Assembly: GCA_964588985.1 (NCBI GenBank) | Contig: CAZPQW010000013.1 | Location: 33,966-97,965, forward strand | Direction of reading: 5' to 3' | DNA from: an uncultured Solirubrobacteraceae bacterium | Lineage (GTDB): Bacteria > Actinomycetota > Thermoleophilia > Solirubrobacterales > Solirubrobacteraceae | Length of the DNA stretch: 64,000 nucleotides | Shown here: one piece after another, positions 8,688 through 18,721 of the stretch | Layout of the letters: every line of letters starts with the position of its first letter | Position numbering within the stretch: the first letter of the stretch is position 1 | Made by a program: the position numbers and the translations under genes | The notes under the pieces: model-generated | Seen by the model: only the letters and a program-made list of their open reading frames with translations | Database searches by the model: none | What the model was told of the DNA's origin: nothing

Positions 8688-9806
8688 CTACGCGTGCGCG
8701 TTCTCCCAGTTCTTGAAGTCCTCGGTGAAGTACAGCAGGCGGATCTTCTTGAACTCGGTCGAGGAGTACAGCGTCGCGCGCTCGTGTATCCCGGTCTGCT
8801 CGGCGATCGCGTCGAGCACCGCGTCGCACTCCTCCTTGGAGCGCCCGTGGGCCATCGTGAAGACCGAGTACGGCCAGTCCTCATACGTCGGGCGCTGGTA
8901 GCAGTGGGAGATGCCACGCACCGCCGCCATGCGGCAGCCGATGTCGAAGATCTGCTCGTCGGGCACCTTCCACACGCCCATCCCGTTCGCCGAGAAGCCC
9001 GCGCGGCGGTGGTAGAGGATCGCGGCTACGCGGCGCAGGAGACCGCGCTCCTGCATCCCGGCGAGGTGGTCGAGGAGGCGCTCCTGGGTCATCCCCAGCT
9101 CGGCCGCGGCCGGCGCGTAGGGTTCCTGCACGACCGGCATGTCGCCCTGCAGCGCGCGGATCACCGCGATGTCGAGCTCGTCGTAGGGCTGGGGGTCGAG
9201 CTCGATCGGCTCCTTCACCTCCGCCATGCTCGACAGCGCCTTCGTGTCGCCCTCCATCTCCAGGTCCATGCGGATCTTGAACAGCTTCAGCGTCGGCAGC
9301 TGGCGCACCGACTCCGCGCCCGCCTCGCGTGCGAGCACCTCCAGCGTGCCCTCCAGGCCGAGCTTCGAGTCGGGCTCGGTGGCGATCGTGAACCACAGGT
9401 TGAAGTCGTGGTTGCGCAGGTAGTTGTGCGAAACGCCCGGATGTTCGTTGATGACCTGCGCCGCGCGATGGGGGTGCTCGGGGTCGACCTTCGCCGCGAC
9501 CAGCATCGAGGAATAGCCGAGCGCGCGAGTGTCGAAGATCGGCGTGACCTGGCGAATGATGCGCTGGTCGAGCAGGCGCTGCACGCGGCTCATCACGTCC
9601 TCTTCGGCGAGCCCGCCGAGCTCCGCCACGTGCCGGTAGGGCTGGGGCGCGATCGGGAACTTGCCCTGCATCAGGTTGAGGACCTGGCGGTCGACGTCGT
9701 CGAGCGGTACCGCCGCGCCGTCCTTGCGGCTGCGGAGCTTCGGCGTCGCCGCATTGGCGCGCTCGGTCTCGGGGCTGTTGCCGATCAGGTCTGGTGTGCT
9801 AGCCAT
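8688..9806 (-). CDS. Fused siroheme decarboxylase AhbA/AhbB (NirDL/NirGH-like)
   Basis: Two tandem Lrp-like units with VSHNYLR...FNLWFT and ISHCYQR...[11 protein letters not shown] motifs; lies between hemB and hemL. Confidence 0.85.
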   Translation of the reverse strand: MASTPDLIGNSPETERANAATPKLRSRKDGAAVPLDDVDRQVLNLMQGKFPIAPQPYRHVAELGGLAEEDVMSRVQRLLDQRIIRQVTPIFDTRALGYSSMLVAAKVDPEHPHRAAQVINEHPGVSHNYLRNHDFNLWFTIATEPDSKLGLEGTLEVLAREAGAESVRQLPTLKLFKIRMDLEMEGDTKALSSMAEVKEPIELDPQPYDELDIAVIRALQGDMPVVQEPYAPAAAELGMTQERLLDHLAGMQERGLLRRVAAILYHRRAGFSANGMGVWKVPDEQIFDIGCRMAAVRGISHCYQRPTYEDWPYSVFTMAHGRSKEECDAVLDAIAEQTGIHERATLYSSTEFKKIRLLYFTEDFKNWENAHA

Positions 9807-10792
9807 TGGGCTGCGTCCTTTGCGTGGTAGGTCACGATCGTGTCGGCGCCCGCGCGGCGCAGCGAGGTGAGGATCTCCAGCACCGCGGAGCGCTCGTCGA
9901 TGTAGCCGGCCGCGGCGGCGGCCTTGACCATCGCATACTCGCCGCTCACGTTGTACGCCGCCACCGGCAGGCCGGTGGCCTGCTTGACGGCGTGGATCAG
10001 GTCGCCGTAGGCGAGCGCGGGCTTGACCATCACCATGTCGGCGCCCTCCTGCACGTCCAGAAGCGCCTCGCGCACGGCCTCTCTCCCGTTGGCCGGATCC
10101 ATCTGGTAGCCGCGGCGATCGCCGAACGCGGGCGCCGAGCCGGCAGCCTCGCGGAAGGGTCCATAGAAAGCTGAAGAGAACTTGGCGGAGTAGGCGAGGA
10201 TCGGGGTCTCGGAGAAGCCCTCGCCGTCGAGCTCCTCGCGGACCGCGCCCACGCGGCCGTCCATCATGTCCGAGGGCGCGACGATGTCGGCGCCGGCGCG
10301 CGCGAGGCTGACGGCGGTGCGCGCGAGCAGCTCGAGCGAGGCGTCGTTGTCGACCGTCGGAGCGCCCGCGCCGTCCGTGCGCAGCACGCCGCAGTGGCCG
10401 TGGTCTGTGTACTCACACAGACACACGTCCGTCAGCACCAGAAGATCGGGTACGGCCTGCTTGATCGCGCGCGTCGCCAGCTGCACGATCCCGTCCTCGT
10501 CCCACGCTCCGGACCCGCTCGCGTCCTTCTCCGCGGGCACGCCGAACAGCATCACTCCGGCCACTCCGAGCGCGGCCGCCTCCCGCGCCTCGGCCACAGC
10601 CGCCGCGAGCGACAGGCGGTCGATACCCGGCATCGTCGCGATCGGCTCGCGCTCCGCGCCGTGGATCGCCGCGGCCTCGCAGACGAACAGCGGCAGCACC
10701 AGCGCTCCCGCGCGCAGGTCCGTCTCGCGCACGAGTCCGCGCAGGGACGCACTCGCCCGCAGCCTGCGCATGCGCGTCTGTGGAAAGCCCAT
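9785..10792 (-). CDS. hemB: Porphobilinogen synthase
   Basis: [55 protein letters not shown]. Confidence 0.96.
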   Translation of the reverse strand: MGFPQTRMRRLRASASLRGLVRETDLRAGALVLPLFVCEAAAIHGAEREPIATMPGIDRLSLAAAVAEAREAAALGVAGVMLFGVPAEKDASGSGAWDEDGIVQLATRAIKQAVPDLLVLTDVCLCEYTDHGHCGVLRTDGAGAPTVDNDASLELLARTAVSLARAGADIVAPSDMMDGRVGAVREELDGEGFSETPILAYSAKFSSAFYGPFREAAGSAPAFGDRRGYQMDPANGREAVREALLDVQEGADMVMVKPALAYGDLIHAVKQATGLPVAAYNVSGEYAMVKAAAAAGYIDERSAVLEILTSLRRAGADTIVTYHAKDAAQWLAHQT

Positions 10793-10832
10793 CTCCACTC
10801 AGGTTAGAGCGTTCGAGCCCGCGCGGCGGGGC

Positions 10833-12173
10833 TCACTCGACGCGCCGCAGCCCCACCCTCGCGAGCGCCCCGAACACGATCGTCAGCGCGGCGAGGTGTG
10901 CCAGTGAGCCGCCGAGCGCCGGCGACGCGCCGTTGACCGCCGCGTCGAGCGCCTGCAGCGACGCCTTGAACGGGAACGCGAAGGACACCGCCGCGATCGC
11001 GTCGTAGAAGCCGCCCGACACCGAGCCGGACGGCACGAGCGCGAGGAACGCGAGCGGCAGCGACAGCAGGAACGCCAGCAGCGAGGAGGCGCGCACCTCG
11101 CGCGCGAGCGCGCCGATCGCCACGCCGAGCGCTCCGAACGCGACCGCGCCGAGCGCCAGGGCGAGCAGCCACAGCCCCACTCGCGACCAGTCGAGCGTCA
11201 CGAACGCACCCACTCCGGCGAGCATCGCGAACGCCACCACGAACGAGCAGCCCGCCGCGAGCAGCGTCTTCTCCACGAGCAGCAGCTCGCGCGAGACCAG
11301 CGCGGGCGAGCCGCGGATCAGGCGGCCGAGGGCGTGCTCTTCGCGCTCGAGCGCCATGCCGCCCGCGGCGAGCAGCACGCACACGAACATCAGCGACACG
11401 GCCACCGCCACGACGACGGCGAATGCGTTCAGCGGCGTGCGCCGTCCATGCAGCAGCACGGTCGTCACGCGGATCGGCTGGCCCACCGTGGAGAACACGT
11501 CCTTGCTGAGCGACAGGTTCTGCGCGGCGAAACCCGCGAACGCCTCGATCCGTTCCAGTTCGGTGCGGTCGTGCCCGCGCGGCTGGCGTCCGATGATCTC
11601 GTTCAGACGCGCCGGAATCTCTTCCAGCCCGATCAGGTTCTGCGGCGCGCCGAGAGCGCCGACGTCGCCGCCGCGCAGCAGCGTCCCGATCGCCTTCGCG
11701 GCCGCCTTCTGGATCTGTTCGGAGAACCCCAGGTTCGCGTGCGCGAGCGCGGAGTCGAGCGTCGAGCGCACGAGCGACTGCTCGAGCGCGTCGCCGTTGT
11801 AGAGGACTTCGAGCGTTCCCTGGCTGATCACGGAGTTGAGCCGCGCGGCGACGTTCGGCGGGATCACCACCGCCGCGAGCACGTCTCCCGATCTCACCCT
11901 CGCGATCGCCTGTGCGCGCGAGAACACCGGCACCGACTGGACCTGGCTGAACAGCTGCTGGGCGTAGCGGGAGACCTCCACGCGTTCGCTTCCCACCTTG
12001 ACCGTCTCCCCGGGCGGGGTCTGGTCGAAGATCGCCACACGCGGGCGTGCCGGGCTGCGCGAGATCGCGAAGCCGATCAGCAGCGCGATTGCCACCGGGT
12101 ACACGATCAGCAGCGCGAGCAGCAGCCGCGAGCGGCCGAGGATCAGCAGGTCCTTGCGCAGCAGCCAGCGCAT
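10833..12173 (-). CDS. ABC-2 type transporter permease
   Basis: Start MRWLLRKDL, N-terminal TM, large loop, C-terminal TM bundle; follows ABC ATPase. Confidence 0.82.
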   Translation of the reverse strand: MRWLLRKDLLILGRSRLLLALLIVYPVAIALLIGFAISRSPARPRVAIFDQTPPGETVKVGSERVEVSRYAQQLFSQVQSVPVFSRAQAIARVRSGDVLAAVVIPPNVAARLNSVISQGTLEVLYNGDALEQSLVRSTLDSALAHANLGFSEQIQKAAAKAIGTLLRGGDVGALGAPQNLIGLEEIPARLNEIIGRQPRGHDRTELERIEAFAGFAAQNLSLSKDVFSTVGQPIRVTTVLLHGRRTPLNAFAVVVAVAVSLMFVCVLLAAGGMALEREEHALGRLIRGSPALVSRELLLVEKTLLAAGCSFVVAFAMLAGVGAFVTLDWSRVGLWLLALALGAVAFGALGVAIGALAREVRASSLLAFLLSLPLAFLALVPSGSVSGGFYDAIAAVSFAFPFKASLQALDAAVNGASPALGGSLAHLAALTIVFGALARVGLRRVE

Positions 12174-12175
12174 GT

Positions 12176-12895
12176 TCAGGAGCTCTCCGCCCGCTCGCCG
12201 TGCTGCTCGAGGAAGGTCACCAGCGCGCGCTCGAGGTCGCCGCTGCCAGCCTCTCCCTGCGCCGCCAGCAGCTCGCGGGGAGCGCCGTCGAACAGCAGCC
12301 GCCCCTCGGCCAGCACGAGCACGCGGGTGGCGTGGCGCTGCGCCTCGCTGACGTTGTGGGTGGAGAACACCACCGCCGTTCCGCGCTCGGCGAGCCGCGT
12401 CACGAACTCCCACATCCGCTCGCGCTGCGCCGGGTCGAGCGACGCGGTCGGCTCGTCTAGCGCGAGCACGGGCGGATCGGCGATCAGGCCGACGGCCACG
12501 TTCACGCGCTGGCGATTGCCGCCGGAGAGGCGCCCCACGGGCTCATGCGAACGGGCGCGCAGCCCCGTGTGCTCGAGCATCCGCTCGACCGCCGCCCGCG
12601 GGTCCTTCACCTTCTCCAGGCGCGCGAACAGCTCGAGGTTCTCGACCACGGAGAGCTTCGAGTAGAGCGCCGGCTGCTGCGGCGCCCAGCCGACCTCGCG
12701 GGGCGGCCGGTTGACCGAGCCGCCGCTCGGCGGCTGGGTGCCCGCGACGATCGACAGCAGCGTGGTCTTGCCCGCGCCGTTGGGGCCCACCACCGCCACC
12801 AGCTCCCCGGCCTGCACCTGGAAGCTGACGTCTCGCAGCGCTTCGAGATCTCCGTAGCGCTTGGCGAGGGCTTTGACGTCGAGGACGGCGCTCAC
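12176..12895 (-). CDS. ABC transporter ATP-binding protein
   Basis: GPNGAGKTT, LSGGNRQR, LDEPT, STH. Confidence 0.9.
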   Translation of the reverse strand: MSAVLDVKALAKRYGDLEALRDVSFQVQAGELVAVVGPNGAGKTTLLSIVAGTQPPSGGSVNRPPREVGWAPQQPALYSKLSVVENLELFARLEKVKDPRAAVERMLEHTGLRARSHEPVGRLSGGNRQRVNVAVGLIADPPVLALDEPTASLDPAQRERMWEFVTRLAERGTAVVFSTHNVSEAQRHATRVLVLAEGRLLFDGAPRELLAAQGEAGSGDLERALVTFLEQHGERAESS

Positions 12896-14016
12896 GGCAG
12901 ACCGCGAGGCGCGCGGTCCCATGGCTCGAACGCGATGTGGCGAGACAGGTAGACGGCGGTCTCACGCAGGATCGACAGGATCGGCAGCGCGATCAGCGCC
13001 CCCACGACGCCGTGAAGCTGCAGACCCAGCAGCAGCGCGAAGATCACGAGCAGCGGGTTGATGCGCAGCGTGTGGCCGAAGATCTGCGGCGCCACGATGT
13101 GGCCCTCAAGCTGCTGCAGCGCCACGAACATCAGCATCACCCACAGCGCCGAGATTGGATCGGTGAACAGCGCGAGCAGGATCGCCGGGAGCGCACCGAT
13201 GATCGGGCCGATGTAGGGGACGAGCTCCATCAGCGCATAGAACACCGCGAACACGACTGCGTATTTACGCCCGTCCGGGAACACGCCGACCACGCCCACC
13301 ACGTACAGCGCGATGCCGGCGGTCGCGCCCATCACAAGGCTGAACAGCAGCTGGCCGCCGACGTAGCGGGCGAGCGCGCTCTGGATCAGCGTCGGGTAGT
13401 CGTCGGCAGGGGTGCCGTCTCCGTCCGGCATGTACCTGCGGATCAGCCTGCCGATCGTCTGCCCGTAGAGCAGCATGTACACCGACAGCACGAACACGAG
13501 CAGTACGTCAAAGCCGGCGCTCACGGCTTCTGTCAGCAGGCTGCCGCCGAACGACACGATCGAGCTGGAGCCCTTCACGAGCTTGTCGCCGAGCGTCTGG
13601 AAGGCGGTCTCGCCCTGCTTGATGAACTGGATGTGCAGGCCGCTGTTGTTGAGCGTGCGCTGGAAGTCCGCCAGGGTCTGGTTGGCCTGCTTGACGAGAT
13701 GCGGCACGTTGTGGCTGAACGCGGCCACCTGGTTGGAGATAGGGTTGGCCAGCAGCACCCCGATTCCGCTCAGCATGAGGAAGAATGCGAGATACACGGT
13801 CAGCACCGCGAGCCCGCGTGGAAGCTTGCCGCGCTGGACAAAAGCGACCGCCGGATTCAGTATGAGCGCGATGACCGCCGCGACGATGAAGATCACGAGC
13901 ACTTTCCCCGCGGCTTTCGCCAGCTCCCAGATCGCGAGCAGCGCCAGCGGCAACAGCACGAGCTGGACCCAGCGCGCGACGAGCACCCGCGGTGGCTGCT
14001 CGGAGACGCCTCTCAC
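12892..14016 (-). CDS. AI-2E family transporter (PerM-like)
   Basis: ILNP, RYVGGQ, LVPYIGP, QQLEGHIVAP, GALIALP motifs. Confidence 0.88.
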   Translation of the reverse strand: MRGVSEQPPRVLVARWVQLVLLPLALLAIWELAKAAGKVLVIFIVAAVIALILNPAVAFVQRGKLPRGLAVLTVYLAFFLMLSGIGVLLANPISNQVAAFSHNVPHLVKQANQTLADFQRTLNNSGLHIQFIKQGETAFQTLGDKLVKGSSSIVSFGGSLLTEAVSAGFDVLLVFVLSVYMLLYGQTIGRLIRRYMPDGDGTPADDYPTLIQSALARYVGGQLLFSLVMGATAGIALYVVGVVGVFPDGRKYAVVFAVFYALMELVPYIGPIIGALPAILLALFTDPISALWVMLMFVALQQLEGHIVAPQIFGHTLRINPLLVIFALLLGLQLHGVVGALIALPILSILRETAVYLSRHIAFEPWDRAPRGLP

Positions 14017-14039
14017 TTGCCTCCCGCCATCGCCAGAGT

Positions 14040-14864
14040 ATGGCTGAGTCAGAGGCGGTCGCCGGCGGAGCGAGCATCCTGTTCGTCGGCGACGTGGTGG
14101 GCGGGATCGGGCGCAACACGCTGCTCGACTGCCTGCCTGTCCTGCGCGAGCGCTACGCGCCCACGTTCGTGGTCGTCAACGGCGAGAACGCCGCCGGCGG
14201 CCTCGGCATCACGCCGAAGATCGCCAACCAGATGTTCGCCGCGGGCGTCGACGCGATCACGCTCGGCAACCACACCTACCACCGGCGCGAGATCTATCCG
14301 TACCTCGACAGCGAGAGCCGGATCCTGCGTCCGGCGAACTTCCTGCGCAGCCAGCCGGGCCACGGGGTGTGCGTGGTCGAGCGCGACGGCCTGCGCCTGG
14401 GCGTGGTCAACCTCAGCGGCAACCTGTACCTGCGCGCGGGCCGCTCGGCGTTCACGGAGATCGAGGTCGCACTGGGCGAGTTGAACGGCGTGGATCACAT
14501 CCTCGTGGACATGCACGCGGAGGCGACGTCGGAGAAGGTCGCGCTGGGCTGGCATCTCGACGGGCGCGTGACGGCGGTCGTGGGCACCCACACGCACGTC
14601 CCCACCGCCGACGCGCGCGTGCTGCCCGGCGGCACCGCCTACATCACCGACGTCGGCATGACCGGGCCGCGCGGTGGGGTGATCGGGGTCAAGCGCGAGC
14701 AGGCGATCGAGTCGCTGCTTACGCAGATGCCGACCCGCTTCGAGACTTCCGAGGAGGACCCGTGGTTGATGGGCGCGCTGATCAGCTGCTCGCGGCCACT
14801 GCGGGCAGACTCGATCGAGCAGGTGCTGATGCCGCGTCCGGCTCCTGCGCAGTCCCAGAGCTGA
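14040..14864 (+). CDS. ymdB: YmdB-family metallophosphoesterase
   Basis: LFVGDVVG, VNGEN, TLGNH, DMHAEATSEK, GTHTHV, TDVGMTG. Confidence 0.92.
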   Translation: MAESEAVAGGASILFVGDVVGGIGRNTLLDCLPVLRERYAPTFVVVNGENAAGGLGITPKIANQMFAAGVDAITLGNHTYHRREIYPYLDSESRILRPANFLRSQPGHGVCVVERDGLRLGVVNLSGNLYLRAGRSAFTEIEVALGELNGVDHILVDMHAEATSEKVALGWHLDGRVTAVVGTHTHVPTADARVLPGGTAYITDVGMTGPRGGVIGVKREQAIESLLTQMPTRFETSEEDPWLMGALISCSRPLRADSIEQVLMPRPAPAQSQS

Positions 14865-16533
14865 AGCGCCCCAGCAGCGCGAGCAGCGCGAGCGGGAAGA
14901 ACCACGGGATGTACAGGTAGAACCAGTGTTCGATGCCCAGCTGCAGGGCGACGATCACCGCCCCGCACGCCGCCGCGAGGCCGACCAGGTCGGCGCGGCG
15001 CGGGACCACGGCCAGCAGGAGCGCCAGCGCGACCGCCATCAGCTCCACCGCCTGCTCCCAGCCGTGCAGACCGTAGAGGCCCCAGACCGAGAACGGCGAG
15101 CCGCGGTTGGCCTGGTATTCGATCGTGCGCTCGTAGATCGTGTGCAGCGTGTCGTGCCTGAGCGCCGGGATCGATGCGATTGCGGCGACGCCGAGGAAGG
15201 CGAGTCCGAACAGCGCGAACGCGCGCGGGCGTTGCCTGGCACCGGTCTGGCGCAGGCCATCGGTGGCGAGGATCGGCACGAGCGCGAGCGGCGCGAACTT
15301 CGTCAGCCCCGCCAGCGCGGCCATGGCGCCGCGCGCGGTCGGCGCGAGCCTGGAGCGGTAGCTGGCCGCGAGCAGGGCGGCGAGCACGATCACCGCGACG
15401 AGCGTGTCGTTGGCGTTGCTCTCGAGCGCGAACAGCGTGAACGGGTAGGAGACCCACGCGTAGGCGAGCACGACCCCGAGCGTCGGGCCGCGCATCCGCC
15501 GGCCGAGCAGGAACAGCAGCGCGACCGCGAGCAGGTCGAACACGATCGCCGCCGCGTGCGCGGCTGGCAGGTCGTCCCACTTGCCGCTCCAGCCGAAGAT
15601 CTGCTGGAACGGGATGTAGGCCTCGTAGTTGAAGGGGCCATACGTGTCGCCGTGTTCGTTTTCGGTCGGCCAGCCTCCGTAGAGGGGCTTGTCGTGCACG
15701 ATCCGCTGCGCGCCGATCACGCCCGCGTAGCCGACGTCGATCACGTTGGAGTCGGTCACGTTCAGGCCGATGCGAAAGCCGAGCAGGAAGATCACGCCGA
15801 TCGCGAGCCACGAGGTGGGGACGAGCAGGCGCAGCGGGCGGGCACGGCCGGGGCGCTCGCGTCGCAGCAGCGCGAGCATGCGCGCGAGCAGGTACAGCAG
15901 CGGCGGATACGCGAGCGGGACCGACGCGTAGATGTGCGCGTTGTTGAAGAACGCGAGCGACACCGAGAAGGACAACAGCACGAGCAGGTCGAGGTGCAGC
16001 AGCGAGAACGGCCGGCGGAAGTCGAAGAACGGCACGAAGAACAGGAAGCACAGGGGCAGCCAGATGTAGAGCGCGTTGACGTGGCGCCCGAACGCGCCCG
16101 GGTAGCCGCGCGCCATCGTCCACGGAACCTGGAAGCCGGTCCACTGTTCGATCACGCGGCCGGTCGCGTCGTCGATCGTCACCTGGCCGATCTCCTTCTT
16201 GCCGCCGCGGGAGAAGTAGCTGACCTGCCAGCGAAACGCGCCCTTCAGATAGGCGCCGCCGTAGGAGCCGCGGTATTCCCTCTGCACCGCTCGCATCTTC
16301 GGCAGCTTTGCGGCGATCGCCAGCACGCGATTGGCCGACAGCCTGCGTCCCGCGGGCGGAGTGTCAGAGGCCGGGACGGGGATCGGCGATTCCGAGGTGG
16401 TGCCCGTCGTCTTGGCGGTGGAGCGCGTGGTCGTGGAGCGCGTCGCGGTGGACGCGCTCGACGCTACTGGGGCCAAGCCTCCGGCGAGCAGGCAGACCAG
16501 CGCGCAGGCGAGGGTTACCGACGATCGGCGCAC
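14782..16533 (-). CDS. Polytopic membrane glycosyltransferase-like protein (GT-C / GT87-like)
   Basis: Signal peptide, soluble N-domain, many TMs, YPPL, SNVIDVGY, DTYGP, NDT, KFAP, WFYLYIPW. Confidence 0.7.
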   Translation of the reverse strand: MRRSSVTLACALVCLLAGGLAPVASSASTATRSTTTRSTAKTTGTTSESPIPVPASDTPPAGRRLSANRVLAIAAKLPKMRAVQREYRGSYGGAYLKGAFRWQVSYFSRGGKKEIGQVTIDDATGRVIEQWTGFQVPWTMARGYPGAFGRHVNALYIWLPLCFLFFVPFFDFRRPFSLLHLDLLVLLSFSVSLAFFNNAHIYASVPLAYPPLLYLLARMLALLRRERPGRARPLRLLVPTSWLAIGVIFLLGFRIGLNVTDSNVIDVGYAGVIGAQRIVHDKPLYGGWPTENEHGDTYGPFNYEAYIPFQQIFGWSGKWDDLPAAHAAAIVFDLLAVALLFLLGRRMRGPTLGVVLAYAWVSYPFTLFALESNANDTLVAVIVLAALLAASYRSRLAPTARGAMAALAGLTKFAPLALVPILATDGLRQTGARQRPRAFALFGLAFLGVAAIASIPALRHDTLHTIYERTIEYQANRGSPFSVWGLYGLHGWEQAVELMAVALALLLAVVPRRADLVGLAAACGAVIVALQLGIEHWFYLYIPWFFPLALLALLGRFSSGTAQEPDAASAPARSSLPAVAASS

Positions 16534-16542
16534 GAGGCGAGG

Positions 16543-18045
16543 TTAACGCCCGGGGTGCGCAACCCCGAAGTGCTCGAGCACGAGCGGCGCGACGTCCGCG
16601 ATCCCCCACTGCTCGGGCTCCGGATCCGGCAGTCGCACGCCGCTGAGCACGAGCGCGCCGAGCGAGTCGCTGGCGTGCAGCGAGCCGTGGCTGCCACCTC
16701 CGACGTGAGCCTGGCGGCCCCAGTCGACGAACTCGTATCCCGGTGCGGCCGACAGCAGCACGTCGCCCGAGCTCGAGCACGTGAGCGCCGCCCACGTGCG
16801 CGCGAGCGCGTCCGGGTATTCGGGACTCAGCAGGCGCCCGTCCTCGATCGTGGCTCCGATCGCCGCGAGCGCCCCCTCGACGTTCCACGACGCGCCACGC
16901 AGGTCGATCAGCGGGCCGTCGGGGGCGAAGCGCAGCTCACCGTGCAGCGGGCTCGCGATGACGCCCTCGCGCGGGGCTTCGTGCGCGTCGCGCTCGAGCC
17001 ACATCACGAGGTCCACGCCGTCGATCGAAAGCGCCCGTGCGACCACAGAGGCGCGCATCGCGTCGCGTTCAGATCGGTGCAGCGCGTAGACCATCGCCGC
17101 GCGCTGGGAGGGACACACCGCGATCCGCGCGTCCTCGTCGGCGTCCTGGGTGGAGCGTCCCGGCCCGAGCACGTCCAGCTCGGCGAGCTCGTCCTGCAGG
17201 GCTATCGACGCGGTGACGTGCGCCTGCGAGTGGTCGGCCATCACGATCACCGCGTGCTCGCGCAGGAACTCGTCCACGCCGCCGGCCGCGTTCATCACGC
17301 GCGCCAGCTGCAGGTCTGCCTGGCCGATCGACTGGACCTGCGCGTCGGGGCCGCGCTTGTGCGAGTACCAGTCGTTGTCGGGCAGCGACAGCAGCAGGAA
17401 GTCGAACAGGTCGTTCTCGACGAGGTACGCCGACACGCAGCCGGAGTGGCGGTCGCGCACGCCTGGCATCCCCAGCCCGGAGCGGCAGCCGGTGCGGCGC
17501 GAGGCGAAGATGTCGGCATAGAACAGCTCGCGGGGGCCGAGAACGGGGTGGCGTATGAGCGTGGAGGCGACGCGCGTGAGGGTGGTGTCGCGCTGGGGCT
17601 CGTGGCGGTGGCGCCCGCGGTACATCAGGTAGGTGGTACCGGCGGTGCGCACGTCGGCGTCGTCGAGCGACTCGAAAACCGTCAGCGTCTCGGCGGCGAG
17701 ATGGGCGCGGTTCATGTTGTAGACCGTGTCCGTCAGCTGCCGTGCGATGCCGAAGCGCTGCGCGGCTCGAAAGCTCGACCCGTACTCGACGTAGCGGCGC
17801 TCCTCGCGGTGAAACCAGTTCATCCCCGGAATCAGGTGCGCGTCCTGTCGCACTCCCGTGACGATCGACGCCGCGCACACGGGCGTGACCGAGGGAAACG
17901 CGGCCACGCAGTCAGACACGTACCGCCCATCCTGCACGAGCCGCTCGAGCGTCGGCGCCACACCCGCCTCGATCGCCCGCTCGAGCGCCGCGGGGGCCAT
18001 CGCGTCGATCACGCACAGGACGAGCTTGGGCGGGGCGGCGCTCAC
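16543..18045 (-). CDS. Alkaline phosphatase superfamily (nucleotide pyrophosphatase-type) protein
   Basis: LCVIDA, FPSVT nucleophile, DWYSH, ADHS, GSHGS. Confidence 0.85.
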   Translation of the reverse strand: MSAAPPKLVLCVIDAMAPAALERAIEAGVAPTLERLVQDGRYVSDCVAAFPSVTPVCAASIVTGVRQDAHLIPGMNWFHREERRYVEYGSSFRAAQRFGIARQLTDTVYNMNRAHLAAETLTVFESLDDADVRTAGTTYLMYRGRHRHEPQRDTTLTRVASTLIRHPVLGPRELFYADIFASRRTGCRSGLGMPGVRDRHSGCVSAYLVENDLFDFLLLSLPDNDWYSHKRGPDAQVQSIGQADLQLARVMNAAGGVDEFLREHAVIVMADHSQAHVTASIALQDELAELDVLGPGRSTQDADEDARIAVCPSQRAAMVYALHRSERDAMRASVVARALSIDGVDLVMWLERDAHEAPREGVIASPLHGELRFAPDGPLIDLRGASWNVEGALAAIGATIEDGRLLSPEYPDALARTWAALTCSSSGDVLLSAAPGYEFVDWGRQAHVGGGSHGSLHASDSLGALVLSGVRLPDPEPEQWGIADVAPLVLEHFGVAHPGR

Positions 18046-18058
18046 GTGCGGGCCGCCA

Positions 18059-18685
18059 TCAGCGGCGCAGGATGCGCAGCCCGGCGTACTTCTGGTCGGA
18101 GCGCCCGCGGCCACGCCACGCGAACCAGGCGAGTAGCGCGATCGCCACGTAGCCGAGCGGATGCAGCGCCGCGACGAGCGCCGCGAGCAGCAGCGCGGCG
18201 GCGTCGAGGTAGATGGTAAGCGCCTCGCGCGCCGAGCGGTCGGTGAGGCGCGCGCGAGCGCGAGCGATCACAGGCCCGGATGCGCGTTGGGCTACTCCCA
18301 CGACGATGAATCCGGCGAAGATCCCCGGCCACTGATCGTCGCCGTGGCCCGCGAGGGTTCCGGCGAACAGCAGGGCTCCGGCGCCGTACGCGAGCCCCAC
18401 GAGCGAAGCCGCGAGCGGGTCGGCCTTCTGCTTGTCCTGACTGGGGTCGAGCGTCGGCGCGAGCCTCAGCACGAGCTGCAGGGCGTACGCGACGACGAGC
18501 GCGAGGACGACCACGAGCAGCCACCAGGTGGACTGCAGGAAACGAAAGCTCCCGTGAGCGAAGGTGACGTCCAGCGCATTGGAGGACGCCAGCGCACCGG
18601 CGAGCAGCACCGGCAGGAACGGGCGCAGCCCGCACGCCGCTGCGAGGCCGATGCCGAGTCCTATGTCGAAGAAGGTTCCGTGCAT
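18059..18685 (-). CDS. DUF4126-like membrane protein
   Basis: GLGIGLAAACGLRPFLP N-terminal motif; hydrophobic; ends KYAGLRILRR. Confidence 0.72.
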   Translation of the reverse strand: MHGTFFDIGLGIGLAAACGLRPFLPVLLAGALASSNALDVTFAHGSFRFLQSTWWLLVVVLALVVAYALQLVLRLAPTLDPSQDKQKADPLAASLVGLAYGAGALLFAGTLAGHGDDQWPGIFAGFIVVGVAQRASGPVIARARARLTDRSAREALTIYLDAAALLLAALVAALHPLGYVAIALLAWFAWRGRGRSDQKYAGLRILRR

Positions 18686-18721
18686 GCAGGGTGCCCGTGG
18701 GGGGTGCGCTACCGTGCGTGG

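Noticed and set aside
8688-9806. Lrp/AsnC transcription regulator
   Set aside because: Tandem domains with SHxYxR motifs in a haem operon fit siroheme decarboxylase better
14926-18219. 1097-aa plus-strand ORF and similar long ORFs (4762-6810, 26407-28257, 30780-32771, 35071-37368, 38955-40970)
   Set aside because: Arg/Ala-rich shadow frames overlapping well-supported genes, expected in high-GC DNA; no recognisable motifs
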